DNA of 64,000 nucleotides from positions 64,001 through 128,000 of the forward strand of contig OZ244991.1 in assembly GCA_965223335.1 (NCBI GenBank). Direction: 5' to 3'. The first letter of the stretch is position 1; each line of letters opens with the position of its first letter. The notes under the pieces are model-generated. The model saw nothing but the letters and a program-made list of their open reading frames with translations. It did no database searches and was not told the origin of the DNA. This document shows, piece by piece, positions 18,195 through 27,224 of the stretch. This DNA is from Thermodesulfobacteriota bacterium (GTDB taxonomy: Bacteria > Desulfobacterota_D > UBA1144 > Nemesobacterales > UBA2774). Position numbers and translations under genes: made by a program.

Positions 18195-19913
18195 CTAATT
18201 GGCGACTACTATCCGGTCCCGGCCCTCGTTCTTAGCCTTATATAGAGCCTTGTCTGCAGATTCCAAAAGCGACTCGACCGTGGTACCGTGTTCAGAAAAC
18301 ACTACAACTCCCATAGACACATTTACAGAATCTATTAACTTACCCTTGTACCACACATGCAGGCCCTTAATGTCTTCTTTTATCTGCTCGGCCCTTCTCC
18401 TTGTGTTCTCGAGTGACGATTCCGGCAATATGAGTATAAATTCCTCCCCACCGTAACGACACGCTATATCTTCACGTCTTATCTGTTCTTGGAGAAAGGT
18501 GCCAAGTCTACGCAATAGCTCATCACCCGCCGGATGCCCGTGCTGGTCATTAAACTCCTTAAAATAATCAATGTCGAGCATGATAACACCAAGAGGCACT
18601 TTTTTACGTGTGACCCTGCTTATTTCGCGCTTTAGTGTTTCTTCCATGTACCTGCGGTTAAATAACCCTGTGAGTGCATCGTGTACCGCATAATCTTGTA
18701 GGGTCTCTCGCAGTTTAAGGTTACCAATTGCAAGCCCTGAATGCTTGGCAAGGCTGGCTACAAGTACTTTACTCTCTTTGATAGAACGGGGCATGTGACC
18801 GTTAGAATCGTTATTTCCGTTTTCATGCACAGGGGCCTGCATGTACACCATCCCCATGTGGAGACCCTGTGATAACAACGGTGCACACATATAGCTCCTA
18901 CCTTTAAGCGGCACCAAATGCTTACACACAGGCTCGTTCTCTGTATCCTCGACCGCATGCACCTCGCCCCTGCGAAATGCCCAACACTCATGCGGAATAA
19001 ATGCACGCTCGCTAAAAAGTTTGTCACCCCAGCTAAGCGCGTTCTCTAATAGATCAGATGTCTCGTTGATAATGTAGAGCGCTCCGGATTCCTCGGGGAA
19101 CAATTTTTGAGCATAGCTGGTAATTATGGAGTAGACCTCATCCACCCTATAAGCTGCTAGGAGCATCTCGTCCATCTCATTAAGCAGCATCATTTTTTGG
19201 TTGTAAAGTTCCATTCTCATAATATAGTCTTTTAAAGAATCCGGGTTTATTTCATCACCCACAATCAGTTCCTGAAACTCTTCAGACCATAGCTTTTGGT
19301 TAAGTGTATCAATGCTCTGTTTAATATTCGTGCTCTCGAGGCTCGTACCTGGTTCGTTGTATGGACTCGGGCTTTGCTGGCGCAAGTGTTCTCTAGACTC
19401 TTCCAATCTGGCGACGTTGCGCCTTAACTCCAGCTGCACCATGACCTGTTTGGCAATTGTGCGTAGCGACATAATCTGTTCGAAAGTAAGGTCCTTAGGT
19501 GCGTGACCTAAGATTGATAATGTGCCGATAGAATGGCCTTCTTTGGTCACTATAGGTACACCCGCATAGTAACGAATATCAGTGCGAGTATCTAGTATTG
19601 GGTTCTTTTTTAAGTCCTCATCCGCAAGAGGGTCAAAAACCGTAAAAACATCTTTTGATTCGAGAATTACATGAGCACCCAGAGATAAGTCCCTCGGCAC
19701 CTCACGAATTGGGCTTTCCATACCTACTATCGATTTGAACCACTCACGTTTGCCATCAACAAACGTAATAGCGGCTATAGGAGTCCTGGATATATAAGCA
19801 GCCAACCTCGCAAGCTCATCGTATATATCTTCAGACTCCGTATCCAATATATCTAAATTATATAAGGCCTTAAGACGATCTTCTTCGTTTCTAGACACTT
19901 GTACTTTCATCAT
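18195..19913 (-). CDS. Diguanylate cyclase, GAF-GAF-GGDEF
   Basis: N-terminal GAF 'EEDRLKALYNLDILDT', second GAF 'CWAFRRG', 'DALTGLFNRR', RxxD I-site 'RRED' and GGEEF. Confidence 0.92.
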   Translation of the reverse strand: MMKVQVSRNEEDRLKALYNLDILDTESEDIYDELARLAAYISRTPIAAITFVDGKREWFKSIVGMESPIREVPRDLSLGAHVILESKDVFTVFDPLADEDLKKNPILDTRTDIRYYAGVPIVTKEGHSIGTLSILGHAPKDLTFEQIMSLRTIAKQVMVQLELRRNVARLEESREHLRQQSPSPYNEPGTSLESTNIKQSIDTLNQKLWSEEFQELIVGDEINPDSLKDYIMRMELYNQKMMLLNEMDEMLLAAYRVDEVYSIITSYAQKLFPEESGALYIINETSDLLENALSWGDKLFSERAFIPHECWAFRRGEVHAVEDTENEPVCKHLVPLKGRSYMCAPLLSQGLHMGMVYMQAPVHENGNNDSNGHMPRSIKESKVLVASLAKHSGLAIGNLKLRETLQDYAVHDALTGLFNRRYMEETLKREISRVTRKKVPLGVIMLDIDYFKEFNDQHGHPAGDELLRRLGTFLQEQIRREDIACRYGGEEFILILPESSLENTRRRAEQIKEDIKGLHVWYKGKLIDSVNVSMGVVVFSEHGTTVESLLESADKALYKAKNEGRDRIVVAN

Positions 19914-20089
19914 CCTATCTTATTGGGGCAACTGACTATTTTGCATGGATTTCTGCCAAGCCCATCACTTTATCTTATACTAAATATACACCGATTTTAC
20001 ATATTACAAATAGCATGCAACACACAAACAGAGAATTGACGGATGAAATAAATAGCACCCTCAGATATACTAATCACTTACAATATTCT

Positions 20090-20638
20090 ATGAACATACT
20101 GAATACATTCACTAAAATTGCTATTTTTGTAATTATTTTACTCCTGATCGGGCTCATGGGTTACGCAATTTTTAATAAGTCCGGCTCAAAAAAAATTTCC
20201 CCCTTAGTCGGGAAACCGGCCCCTGTATTTAATCTGGAACTCTATGGCGGCGGTACTATTAATCTAGAGGAATTCCACGGCAAACCGGTGCTGATTAACT
20301 TTTGGGCTTCGTGGTGCATCCCATGTAGGGATGAGGCCCCCGCACTCGAGTCCGCGTGGTCAAAATACAAAGACAAAGGAATTCACTTTGTCGGCGTAAA
20401 TATATGGGATGACAATGAAAACGCCCTAGCTTACTTAAGCAAGTACGGCAGTCAGTATCCCCAGGGTAAGGACCCAAACGATCAGGTTCAACTGGATTAC
20501 GGTGTCGGTGGAGTGCCCGAGACCTATTTCGTTAACAGCGAGGGTATGATAACCGACAAATTCACAGGGCCTCTAAAAGTAGAATATATAGATTATTTCA
20601 TGGACAGGGCCCTCAATAACACAAACCATAGTAAATAA
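20090..20638 (+). CDS. CcmG/DsbE-like thiol-disulfide oxidoreductase (start reassigned to ATG 20090)
   Basis: TM anchor, 'SPLVGKPAPVF', 'INFWASWCIPCRDE', 'GVPETYF'; adjacent to ccmH. Confidence 0.85.
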   Translation: MNILNTFTKIAIFVIILLLIGLMGYAIFNKSGSKKISPLVGKPAPVFNLELYGGGTINLEEFHGKPVLINFWASWCIPCRDEAPALESAWSKYKDKGIHFVGVNIWDDNENALAYLSKYGSQYPQGKDPNDQVQLDYGVGGVPETYFVNSEGMITDKFTGPLKVEYIDYFMDRALNNTNHSK

Positions 20639-20639
20639 T

Positions 20640-21152
20640 ATGCAAATGCCAACTGCAACTCCAAAAACAGTAACAATAATTACTTTGTGTCATATCCCTC
20701 AAATCATACTCTTTTTAGTTCTTATACTACTCCCCTCAATCGCTCTCACTCAAACCCTTGAGGATAGGGTAAGCACCATTTCCAACGAATTAATGTGCCC
20801 TGTGTGCCAGGGTCAGAGCGTGGGCGAATCCAACTCGCAACTCGCAAACGACATGCGCAATATAATTAGAAAGATGCTAGTAGAGGGTAAGTCCGAGCAC
20901 GAGATCATTGCCTATTTTGTCGATAAGTACGGTGAATCAATTCTGGCAGCCCCACCGACTAGGGGTGTCAACTGGTTTCTATGGATAATGCCGGGTTTAG
21001 CTGTCGTCTTGGGCGCAGTCGTAATTGCGTATTACCTGTACGGAACTACGGGGCCGGCCGAGTCCACAACCAGCAATGGAGATAGAGATAAAACTGAGAG
21101 CAATAAGTATTTAGACCGAATTGAGGACGAGTTAAATAAATTTGAGTCCTAA
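20640..21152 (+). CDS. ccmH: Cytochrome c-type biogenesis protein CcmH (N-terminal domain)
   Basis: 'ELMCPVCQGQSVGESNSQLA.DMR', 'YFVDKYGE.IL..PP', then a TM helix. Confidence 0.9.
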   Translation: MQMPTATPKTVTIITLCHIPQIILFLVLILLPSIALTQTLEDRVSTISNELMCPVCQGQSVGESNSQLANDMRNIIRKMLVEGKSEHEIIAYFVDKYGESILAAPPTRGVNWFLWIMPGLAVVLGAVVIAYYLYGTTGPAESTTSNGDRDKTESNKYLDRIEDELNKFES

Positions 21153-21161
21153 GCGGGCACC

Positions 21162-22133
21162 TCAGCCCCGAACCCCGCTATAAAACGCATCTACATCACC
21201 AAGAATTTTATCGAAATCGTTTTTAGCATCGTACCAATTAATCTCATTGTCGTGTCTAAGCCAGGTCATCTGCCGCTTTGCAAACCGCTTCGTATCCCTC
21301 TTTATTGATTCTGTTGCGGTCTCAAGTCTAATCTCGCCGTCGATATAGCTATTTATTTCTTTATATCCGATCGACTGCATCGGTTTTAGTTCGGGACCAT
21401 AGCCCATCTCTCTCAGAGCCCTCACCTCCTCCACCACTCCCTCCTCGATCATACGATCCACACGTCTATCAATGTATCCCCTAAGCAGATCGCGATCTAC
21501 GGACAAGCCGATCTTGTAGTAGTCGTATTTCCGGTCCGCAAACCCATGTTCACTCCTTAGTTTTGATACAGGAGTTCCTGTAAGATGATAGACCTCGAGC
21601 GCTCTTTGGATCCTGACATAATCGTTTGGGTGAATAGCCTCGGCAGATGCGGGATCCAACTCCTGCAACCTACTGTACAGATATTCCGCACCGAAAGCAG
21701 AGCGGAGCTTTTGTAGGTTGGATCTAATTTCGGGGTCTGCAGGGTAGCCCTCTATTATCCCCGACAGCAACACCCTTATATATAGGTAGGTCCCTCCCAC
21801 TAGTACGGTCTTGAGACCTCTTCGCTCTAAATGGTCTATAGTGTCCGATGCACGCTGCCTAAATAACCCGGCATTAAACTCCTGGTCCGGATCTAGGATA
21901 TCTATCAAATGATGTGTGATCTGCCTTTTTTGATCCTTTAGGGGTTTAGCTGTGCCAATATCCATATGGCGGTAAACCTGCATAGAATCGGCGCTAATAA
22001 TCTCGGCACCGATACTCTTTGACAACTCAATTGCCAAATCCGTCTTCCCGGCTGCAGTCGGGCCCATAATGACTAACAACTTAGGCCGATTGGATTTATT
22101 GGGTTCTATAGGTGTCACTAGTACTGAGACCAA
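21162..22133 (-). CDS. miaA: tRNA dimethylallyltransferase (start uncertain)
   Basis: 'GPTAAGKT', 'ISADSMQVYRHMDIGTAKP', 'VGGTYLY', 'FAKRQMTW'. Confidence 0.95.
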   Translation of the reverse strand: MVSVLVTPIEPNKSNRPKLLVIMGPTAAGKTDLAIELSKSIGAEIISADSMQVYRHMDIGTAKPLKDQKRQITHHLIDILDPDQEFNAGLFRQRASDTIDHLERRGLKTVLVGGTYLYIRVLLSGIIEGYPADPEIRSNLQKLRSAFGAEYLYSRLQELDPASAEAIHPNDYVRIQRALEVYHLTGTPVSKLRSEHGFADRKYDYYKIGLSVDRDLLRGYIDRRVDRMIEEGVVEEVRALREMGYGPELKPMQSIGYKEINSYIDGEIRLETATESIKRDTKRFAKRQMTWLRHDNEINWYDAKNDFDKILGDVDAFYSGVRG

Positions 22134-22166
22134 ACGGTTGATGTGGGAACGTTATCAACCGTTTGG
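22130..22166. other. Perfect 13-bp inverted repeat at the pnp-miaA junction
   Basis: CCAAACGGTTGAT (22130-22142), 11-nt loop, ATCAACCGTTTGG (22154-22166); no U-tract on either strand. Confidence 0.8.
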
Positions 22167-22190
22167 AAACTTAGGATGAATTGTAATGCC

Positions 22191-24317
22191 TTAACTCTTT
22201 GTAGCTGCGCTATCCCTGTAGTTATCGATATCTTCTTCGAGGGCCTGTTTCCTGCTCAGTCTAATCTTGCCGTCATTTTCCTTGCCTATACATTTAACGA
22301 GCAGTTCATCACCTTCCTTGAGTATATCCTCAACGGTCTTAACGCGCCTGTGCTCAAGCTCAGAGATGTGTACCAAACCGTCCTTGCCGTTTGTGAGCTC
22401 AACAATCGCACCAAAGTCGAGAACCTTTTTCACAGTGCCCAGATAAATCTTGCCGACCTCAACCTCTTCGACCAACTTCTCGATTATGCTAATGGCTTGC
22501 TGGCAGGAATCCCCGTCCACCGACGCTATGTTTACCTTGCCCGTGTCGTCTATATCTATCTGCACACCTGTTGTCTCTATAATCTTCTTAATTGTTTTAC
22601 CGCCTGGACCGATGACGTCTTTAATCTTATCCGTGCTCACAGTCATAGTGACTATCCTCGGGGCATACTCAGACAGGTCACCCCTGGGCTGGGCTAGGAT
22701 CTCGGCCATTTTATCCAGCACAAACATCCGCGCCTCTTTAGCCTGACTAAGCGCCTCCGAAAGTATCTCTTTGGTCACTCCCGTCACCTTAATATCCATC
22801 TGGAGCGCTGTTATACCCTCGTGTGTGCCAGCCACCTTAAAGTCCATGTCTCCCAAGTGGTCCTCATCGCCTAGAATATCCGAGAGAATAACAAAATTAT
22901 CCCCTTCTTTGATAAGTCCCATTGCGATACCGCCCACAGGTGCACTGATTGGTACACCCGCATCCATAAGCGAAAGTGTGGCCCCGCATACCGTTGCCAT
23001 AGAGGACGAACCGTTAGATTCCAGCACCTCAGAGACCACCCTAATTGTATAAGGGAAATCGTCTTTAGAGGGCAGAACATACTTAATTGAGCGTTCGGCG
23101 AGTGCCCCATGGCCTATCTCGCGCCGGCCCGGACCAAGCCTGAAACTGGTCTCTCCCACCGAGTAGGGTGGGAAGTTATAGTGGAGCATAAACGACTTAG
23201 TAATATCACCGTCGAGCGCGTCTATGCGCTGTTCATCGTATGATGTGCCCAGTGTAGCAGTTACAGCTGCCTGAGTCTCGCCCCTGGTGAATAGAGCCGA
23301 GCCATGAGTGCGTGGCAAAAACCCCGCCTCACCGCTTATGTTGCGAACATCGGTATAGCTCCTGCCGTCGGGGCGTTTCCCGTCATTGGCTATGTAGTTC
23401 CGAACAATCTCTTTATGCATCTTTTCAAGCACCTTAGCGGCCTCAGACTCAAACCCGGGGTGCTGCTCGGCTACGAGTTCAATTGTATCTTTAAATATGG
23501 TTTTGACATTTTTACTGCGGTCTTCCTTTGTAGGTGCGAGTGCCGACTCTTTAAGTTTCGGCTCTGCAAACTCTGTCACAACACGAACGACTTCCTCGTT
23601 AAGCTCGGGCTCCAAAACCTCTCTCTTTACAATCTCTACTCCCTCTATAAGCTTCTCCTGCAGGCCGATGAATTCCTGGATACATTCGTGAGCAAATATG
23701 AGCGCTTCCACCATCTCGTTTTCGGGCACTTCCTTTGCGCCTCCCTCAACCATTACGATTGCTTCGCGAGTTCCAGCCACAACCAAGTCCATGTCGCTGG
23801 TTTCCAATTCCGCTTTAGAGGGATTGCATACCAGTGTGCCGTCTATCCTGCCCACACGGACCCCGGCCAGTGGGCCGTCAAAAGGCACATCCGACACGGT
23901 AAGCGCCGCAGACGCCGCTGTGATGGAAAGAATATCGGGATCGTTCTCCTGATCGGCTGAGAACACCGTAACAATAATCTGAGTAGAGTACGTAAAGTCT
24001 TTGGGTATAAGCGGTCTTATAGGCCTATCTATAAGCCTCGATGTTAAAATCTCTTTTTCACTCGGTCTACCCTCTCTTTTAAAATACCCGCCCGGGATCT
24101 TTCCCGCAGCTGCAGATTTTTCTTGATAATTAATTGTGAGTGGAAGAAAATCTTCACCTTCAGTCTTTTCAGAAGCAGCAACTAACGTTGCCAACACAAC
24201 TGTGTCTCCAATACTCGCCAATACGGCACCGTTAGACTGCTTTGCCAATCTGCCAGTATCCAGCTTGAAGTGCTTGCCAAATATCTCCCCTTCCACTTTC
24301 CTGGGTTCGTTTATCAA
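22191..24317 (-). CDS. pnp: Polyribonucleotide nucleotidyltransferase
   Basis: 'FLPLTINY', 'RLIDRPIRP', 'RREIGHGALA', 'GDMDFKVAGT', KH and S1 domains; TTG start with SD AGGAGG. Confidence 0.97.
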   Translation of the reverse strand: MINEPRKVEGEIFGKHFKLDTGRLAKQSNGAVLASIGDTVVLATLVAASEKTEGEDFLPLTINYQEKSAAAGKIPGGYFKREGRPSEKEILTSRLIDRPIRPLIPKDFTYSTQIIVTVFSADQENDPDILSITAASAALTVSDVPFDGPLAGVRVGRIDGTLVCNPSKAELETSDMDLVVAGTREAIVMVEGGAKEVPENEMVEALIFAHECIQEFIGLQEKLIEGVEIVKREVLEPELNEEVVRVVTEFAEPKLKESALAPTKEDRSKNVKTIFKDTIELVAEQHPGFESEAAKVLEKMHKEIVRNYIANDGKRPDGRSYTDVRNISGEAGFLPRTHGSALFTRGETQAAVTATLGTSYDEQRIDALDGDITKSFMLHYNFPPYSVGETSFRLGPGRREIGHGALAERSIKYVLPSKDDFPYTIRVVSEVLESNGSSSMATVCGATLSLMDAGVPISAPVGGIAMGLIKEGDNFVILSDILGDEDHLGDMDFKVAGTHEGITALQMDIKVTGVTKEILSEALSQAKEARMFVLDKMAEILAQPRGDLSEYAPRIVTMTVSTDKIKDVIGPGGKTIKKIIETTGVQIDIDDTGKVNIASVDGDSCQQAISIIEKLVEEVEVGKIYLGTVKKVLDFGAIVELTNGKDGLVHISELEHRRVKTVEDILKEGDELLVKCIGKENDGKIRLSRKQALEEDIDNYRDSAATKS

Positions 24318-24340
24318 AATACTACCTCCTTAGTTAATAC

Positions 24341-24610
24341 CTACTTTCTTAAGCCTAGTTTTTTTATTATATCCTGGTACTTCTCAGGTCTTTTTCTCTT
24401 TATGTAATTTAGCAGCTTCCTTCTCTTTGCCACCATAAGCACAAGCCCCCGCCTGGAATGGAAGTCCTTTGGGGCATTGGCCATATGTTCCGACAGGTCC
24501 TGTATACGCCTCGACAAAAGTGCTACCTGTACCTCAGGCGAGCCGACGTCTTTGTCGTTTATATGGAACTCGTTTATTATCTCGGTTTTCTCTTCTTTAC
24601 CAACAGACAT
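24341..24610 (-). CDS. rpsO: 30S ribosomal protein S15
   Basis: '[12 protein letters not shown]', 'KDFHSRRGL', 'LGLRK'. Confidence 0.97.
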   Translation of the reverse strand: MSVGKEEKTEIINEFHINDKDVGSPEVQVALLSRRIQDLSEHMANAPKDFHSRRGLVLMVAKRRKLLNYIKRKRPEKYQDIIKKLGLRK

Positions 24611-24657
24611 CTATACTGCCTCCTTATATTGTCAATTATATCCTATACACCGTTTGT

Positions 24658-25569
24658 TCAGTTAAATACTCTAAGAAGTTTTAGTACAACATCTTCCTCT
24701 TTAAGTACTCTGAGCTCACTATAATTTACCATAGCCTCAGCAATACACACTATGTCTCGACCCTGATACACCATTAGCCTATCCCCAATTTTGAATTCCG
24801 GCAAATCAGAACTCGTAAGCTTTGATTTCGTTAACTGCTTTCCTTCTCTTATCATAGACGCTATATCCCCCCCGACCTCTACCTCTCCCAAGTGCGATAG
24901 AGCCTCGTTAAGACCCAAAATTTTATGCTCCCCCTGCTCCACATCTTCGATCGTCACAGCATCGCGGATCTCAAACTTGCCGCTTCCGAGCCGCCTAAGC
25001 TCGCTAAGGTGACCCCCGCAACCAAGCTCATTCGCAATATCCGATCCAAGCACTCTCACGTAAGACCCCTTTGAGCAGTGCACATAGATTTTAAGGTAAG
25101 GTGGCGTGTAATCAAGCACTTTAATGTCCTTTATGTATATAGTCCTTGGTTCTCGCTCGACCTCGACTCCCTTTCTCGCAAGCTCATACAGCCTCACACC
25201 ATCTCGCTTAAGCGCAGAGTACATGGGAGGCATCTGCAATGACTCACCCTGAAATTCCTCAACGACTCTATCAATATCTGCTTTATTAAAACCCCCGACG
25301 GGATTATTCTCAAGCTCCCGACCTGTTAGGTCCATTGTATCCGTAACAATTCCCAAGTGAATTACAGCCTCGTATTTTTTAAAATCCTCACCCAGATAAG
25401 GGATGGCCTTGGTCGCACTGTTAAGGCAGATGGGCAGAACTCCTGTGGCAAAGGGGTCCAGTGTCCCAGTGTGACCGGCCTTTTTGGTCTTTAGTAATTT
25501 CTTAACCCTGTTTACCGCAAACTGCGATGTTACCCCGCGCGGCTTGTCGAGCACTATTACACCGTCTAT
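24658..25569 (-). CDS. truB: tRNA pseudouridine(55) synthase; probable ATA start at 25569 (ORF track starts at GTG 25554)
   Basis: '(I)DGVIVLDKPRG', 'GHTGTLDPFATGVL', 'PPMYSALK', 'CSKGSYVR'. Confidence 0.93.
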   Translation of the reverse strand: MDGVIVLDKPRGVTSQFAVNRVKKLLKTKKAGHTGTLDPFATGVLPICLNSATKAIPYLGEDFKKYEAVIHLGIVTDTMDLTGRELENNPVGGFNKADIDRVVEEFQGESLQMPPMYSALKRDGVRLYELARKGVEVEREPRTIYIKDIKVLDYTPPYLKIYVHCSKGSYVRVLGSDIANELGCGGHLSELRRLGSGKFEIRDAVTIEDVEQGEHKILGLNEALSHLGEVEVGGDIASMIREGKQLTKSKLTSSDLPEFKIGDRLMVYQGRDIVCIAEAMVNYSELRVLKEEDVVLKLLRVFN

Positions 25570-26552
25570 GGCAGCACCTCTGTGATTGAGCTACAAAGTC
25601 TATGCCTAACATCTTTTAGGTCACCGGTTAATGAACAGCCCGCTGCTTTTCTATGCCCACCGCCCCCGAATGTCTCGGCGATGTTTGCAACGTCTACATC
25701 CCCCTTAGAGCGCATGCTGATCTTCCATGTGTCTTCGCCATCTCCATTCTCCTGCCTAAACAACACCGCTACCTCTACTCCGTTTATGCTTCTCGGAATG
25801 TTTACAATGCCTTCAGTGTCATGGCGGTCGGTCCCTGTGGATTCATACATCGATTTATCTACCACTACCGAGGCAATTCTTCCATCCTCGTTAAGCTCGA
25901 GCGTTGGTATTACAAGGCCCAGCAGCTCTATTTTCCTGGGAGGTTCATTTTCGTAAAGGGACTGCGATACAAATTCCGGATCAGCCCCGTGTTCGACCAG
26001 TTTTGCTGCAACCTCAAATGTATCTGAGGTTGTGTTCGAGTACTTAAAAGAACCCGTGTCGCCAACAATCGTAGCATACAGATTTGTTGCTATATCGCTG
26101 TCTATCTTAACGCCCAGATAATTAAGCAGCCTAAAAACAATCATACCCGTCGAGGAAGCACCCCGGTCCAAGAGCATCGTATCGATCTCAATAGAGTTGG
26201 TTTTGTGGTGATCTATAACAGCCATTTTCCCCTCGGCCCCGGTCCCTATCCTAGACGCAAACTCACTGCCCACACGCTCCGTTTCCGAGCAATCGACCAG
26301 GATTATAAGATCAGTACCTTCCCCAAGCCCGTTTAGTCCAGGGATTATGTGATCGGAAAGCGGGAGGAATCGCAGTGTTTCCGGCACCCCGTCGTGGCTA
26401 TACATCGTGACATCCTTATCCAGTTGGCGGAGACCATGACCAAGGCTTAAGATCGAGCCAATCGCATCAGCGTCGGGGTTTTCATGCGATGCTATAAATA
26501 TCGATTTCGCGTCCAAAATCCTTTGTTTAATTAATTCAAGTTCCTTCTTCAC
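25566..26552 (-). CDS. nrnA: DHH-family phosphoesterase (NanoRNase/pAp phosphatase)
   Basis: 'HENPDADAIGS', 'IDHH', 'DTGSF', 'GGGGHRKAAG'. Confidence 0.9.
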   Translation of the reverse strand: MKKELELIKQRILDAKSIFIASHENPDADAIGSILSLGHGLRQLDKDVTMYSHDGVPETLRFLPLSDHIIPGLNGLGEGTDLIILVDCSETERVGSEFASRIGTGAEGKMAVIDHHKTNSIEIDTMLLDRGASSTGMIVFRLLNYLGVKIDSDIATNLYATIVGDTGSFKYSNTTSDTFEVAAKLVEHGADPEFVSQSLYENEPPRKIELLGLVIPTLELNEDGRIASVVVDKSMYESTGTDRHDTEGIVNIPRSINGVEVAVLFRQENGDGEDTWKISMRSKGDVDVANIAETFGGGGHRKAAGCSLTGDLKDVRHRLCSSITEVLP

Positions 26553-26907
26553 TGTCTATTCCTTTTAGCAACTCGTCGATTCTAAAGCCTTTTTCCATAT
26601 CTTTATCAAATAAAAAACTTAGTTCCGGTACCTTCCTCATTCTAAGCCGCTTGGCCAGATTTTTTTTTATGAAGCCACTTGCCCTCTTAAACCCCCGCCT
26701 CACATCATCAATGTTTTGATCATTTTCCTCTAGTAGAAAAAACACCTTGGCCGAACTAAGATCATCTGTAAGCTTGATACCGGTAAGGTGCACAGTGGTA
26801 AGCCTTGGGTCTCTTACCTCGCCCCTTACAAGCATTAGAGAGATCTCTTTTAGTATCTGCTCAGATACCCTGTCGGACCTCTTGAAATCCTGAGCCACGG
26901 ACGCCAC
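26536..26907 (-). CDS. rbfA: Ribosome-binding factor A
   Basis: 'RSDRVSEQI', 'DPRL', 'DLSSAKVF', 'VPELSF'. Confidence 0.95.
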   Translation of the reverse strand: MASVAQDFKRSDRVSEQILKEISLMLVRGEVRDPRLTTVHLTGIKLTDDLSSAKVFFLLEENDQNIDDVRRGFKRASGFIKKNLAKRLRMRKVPELSFLFDKDMEKGFRIDELLKGIDSEEGT

Positions 26908-26913
26908 TGCTCC

Positions 26914-27204
26914 CTAAAAGTGTATTATCTCAAATTCACGGTTTCCAAGCTCGAGAGCCCCGTTTGACTCCATGAAACCAGTTACCTGGTCAAGCACCGA
27001 GTTCACATACCTCGTATCGTTACTCACAAGGGAGATTCCGATTGTGGCCTTCTGCCAGAGATCGTGAGAATCGACCTCGGAAATCGAAACGTTATTGAAA
27101 CGCGATCTAACCTTACCGAAAATGCTTTTAAGTACCTGCCTTTTATCCTTAAGTGACCTATTACCGTTTAGGTATAGCTCAATCTTAAGCACTCCTATGA
27201 CCAT
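26914..27204 (-). CDS. DUF503 (YlxP-like) protein
   Basis: 'SLKDKRQVLKS', 'NVSISEVDSHDLWQ'; usual position between infB and rbfA. Confidence 0.9.
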   Translation of the reverse strand: MVIGVLKIELYLNGNRSLKDKRQVLKSIFGKVRSRFNNVSISEVDSHDLWQKATIGISLVSNDTRYVNSVLDQVTGFMESNGALELGNREFEIIHF

Positions 27205-27224
27205 TTACACTCACTATATTTAAA

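Noticed and set aside
19941..19960. TTGGCA...TGCA upstream of the diguanylate cyclase as a sigma54 promoter
   Set aside because: GG-to-GC spacing is 11 nt, not the required 10.
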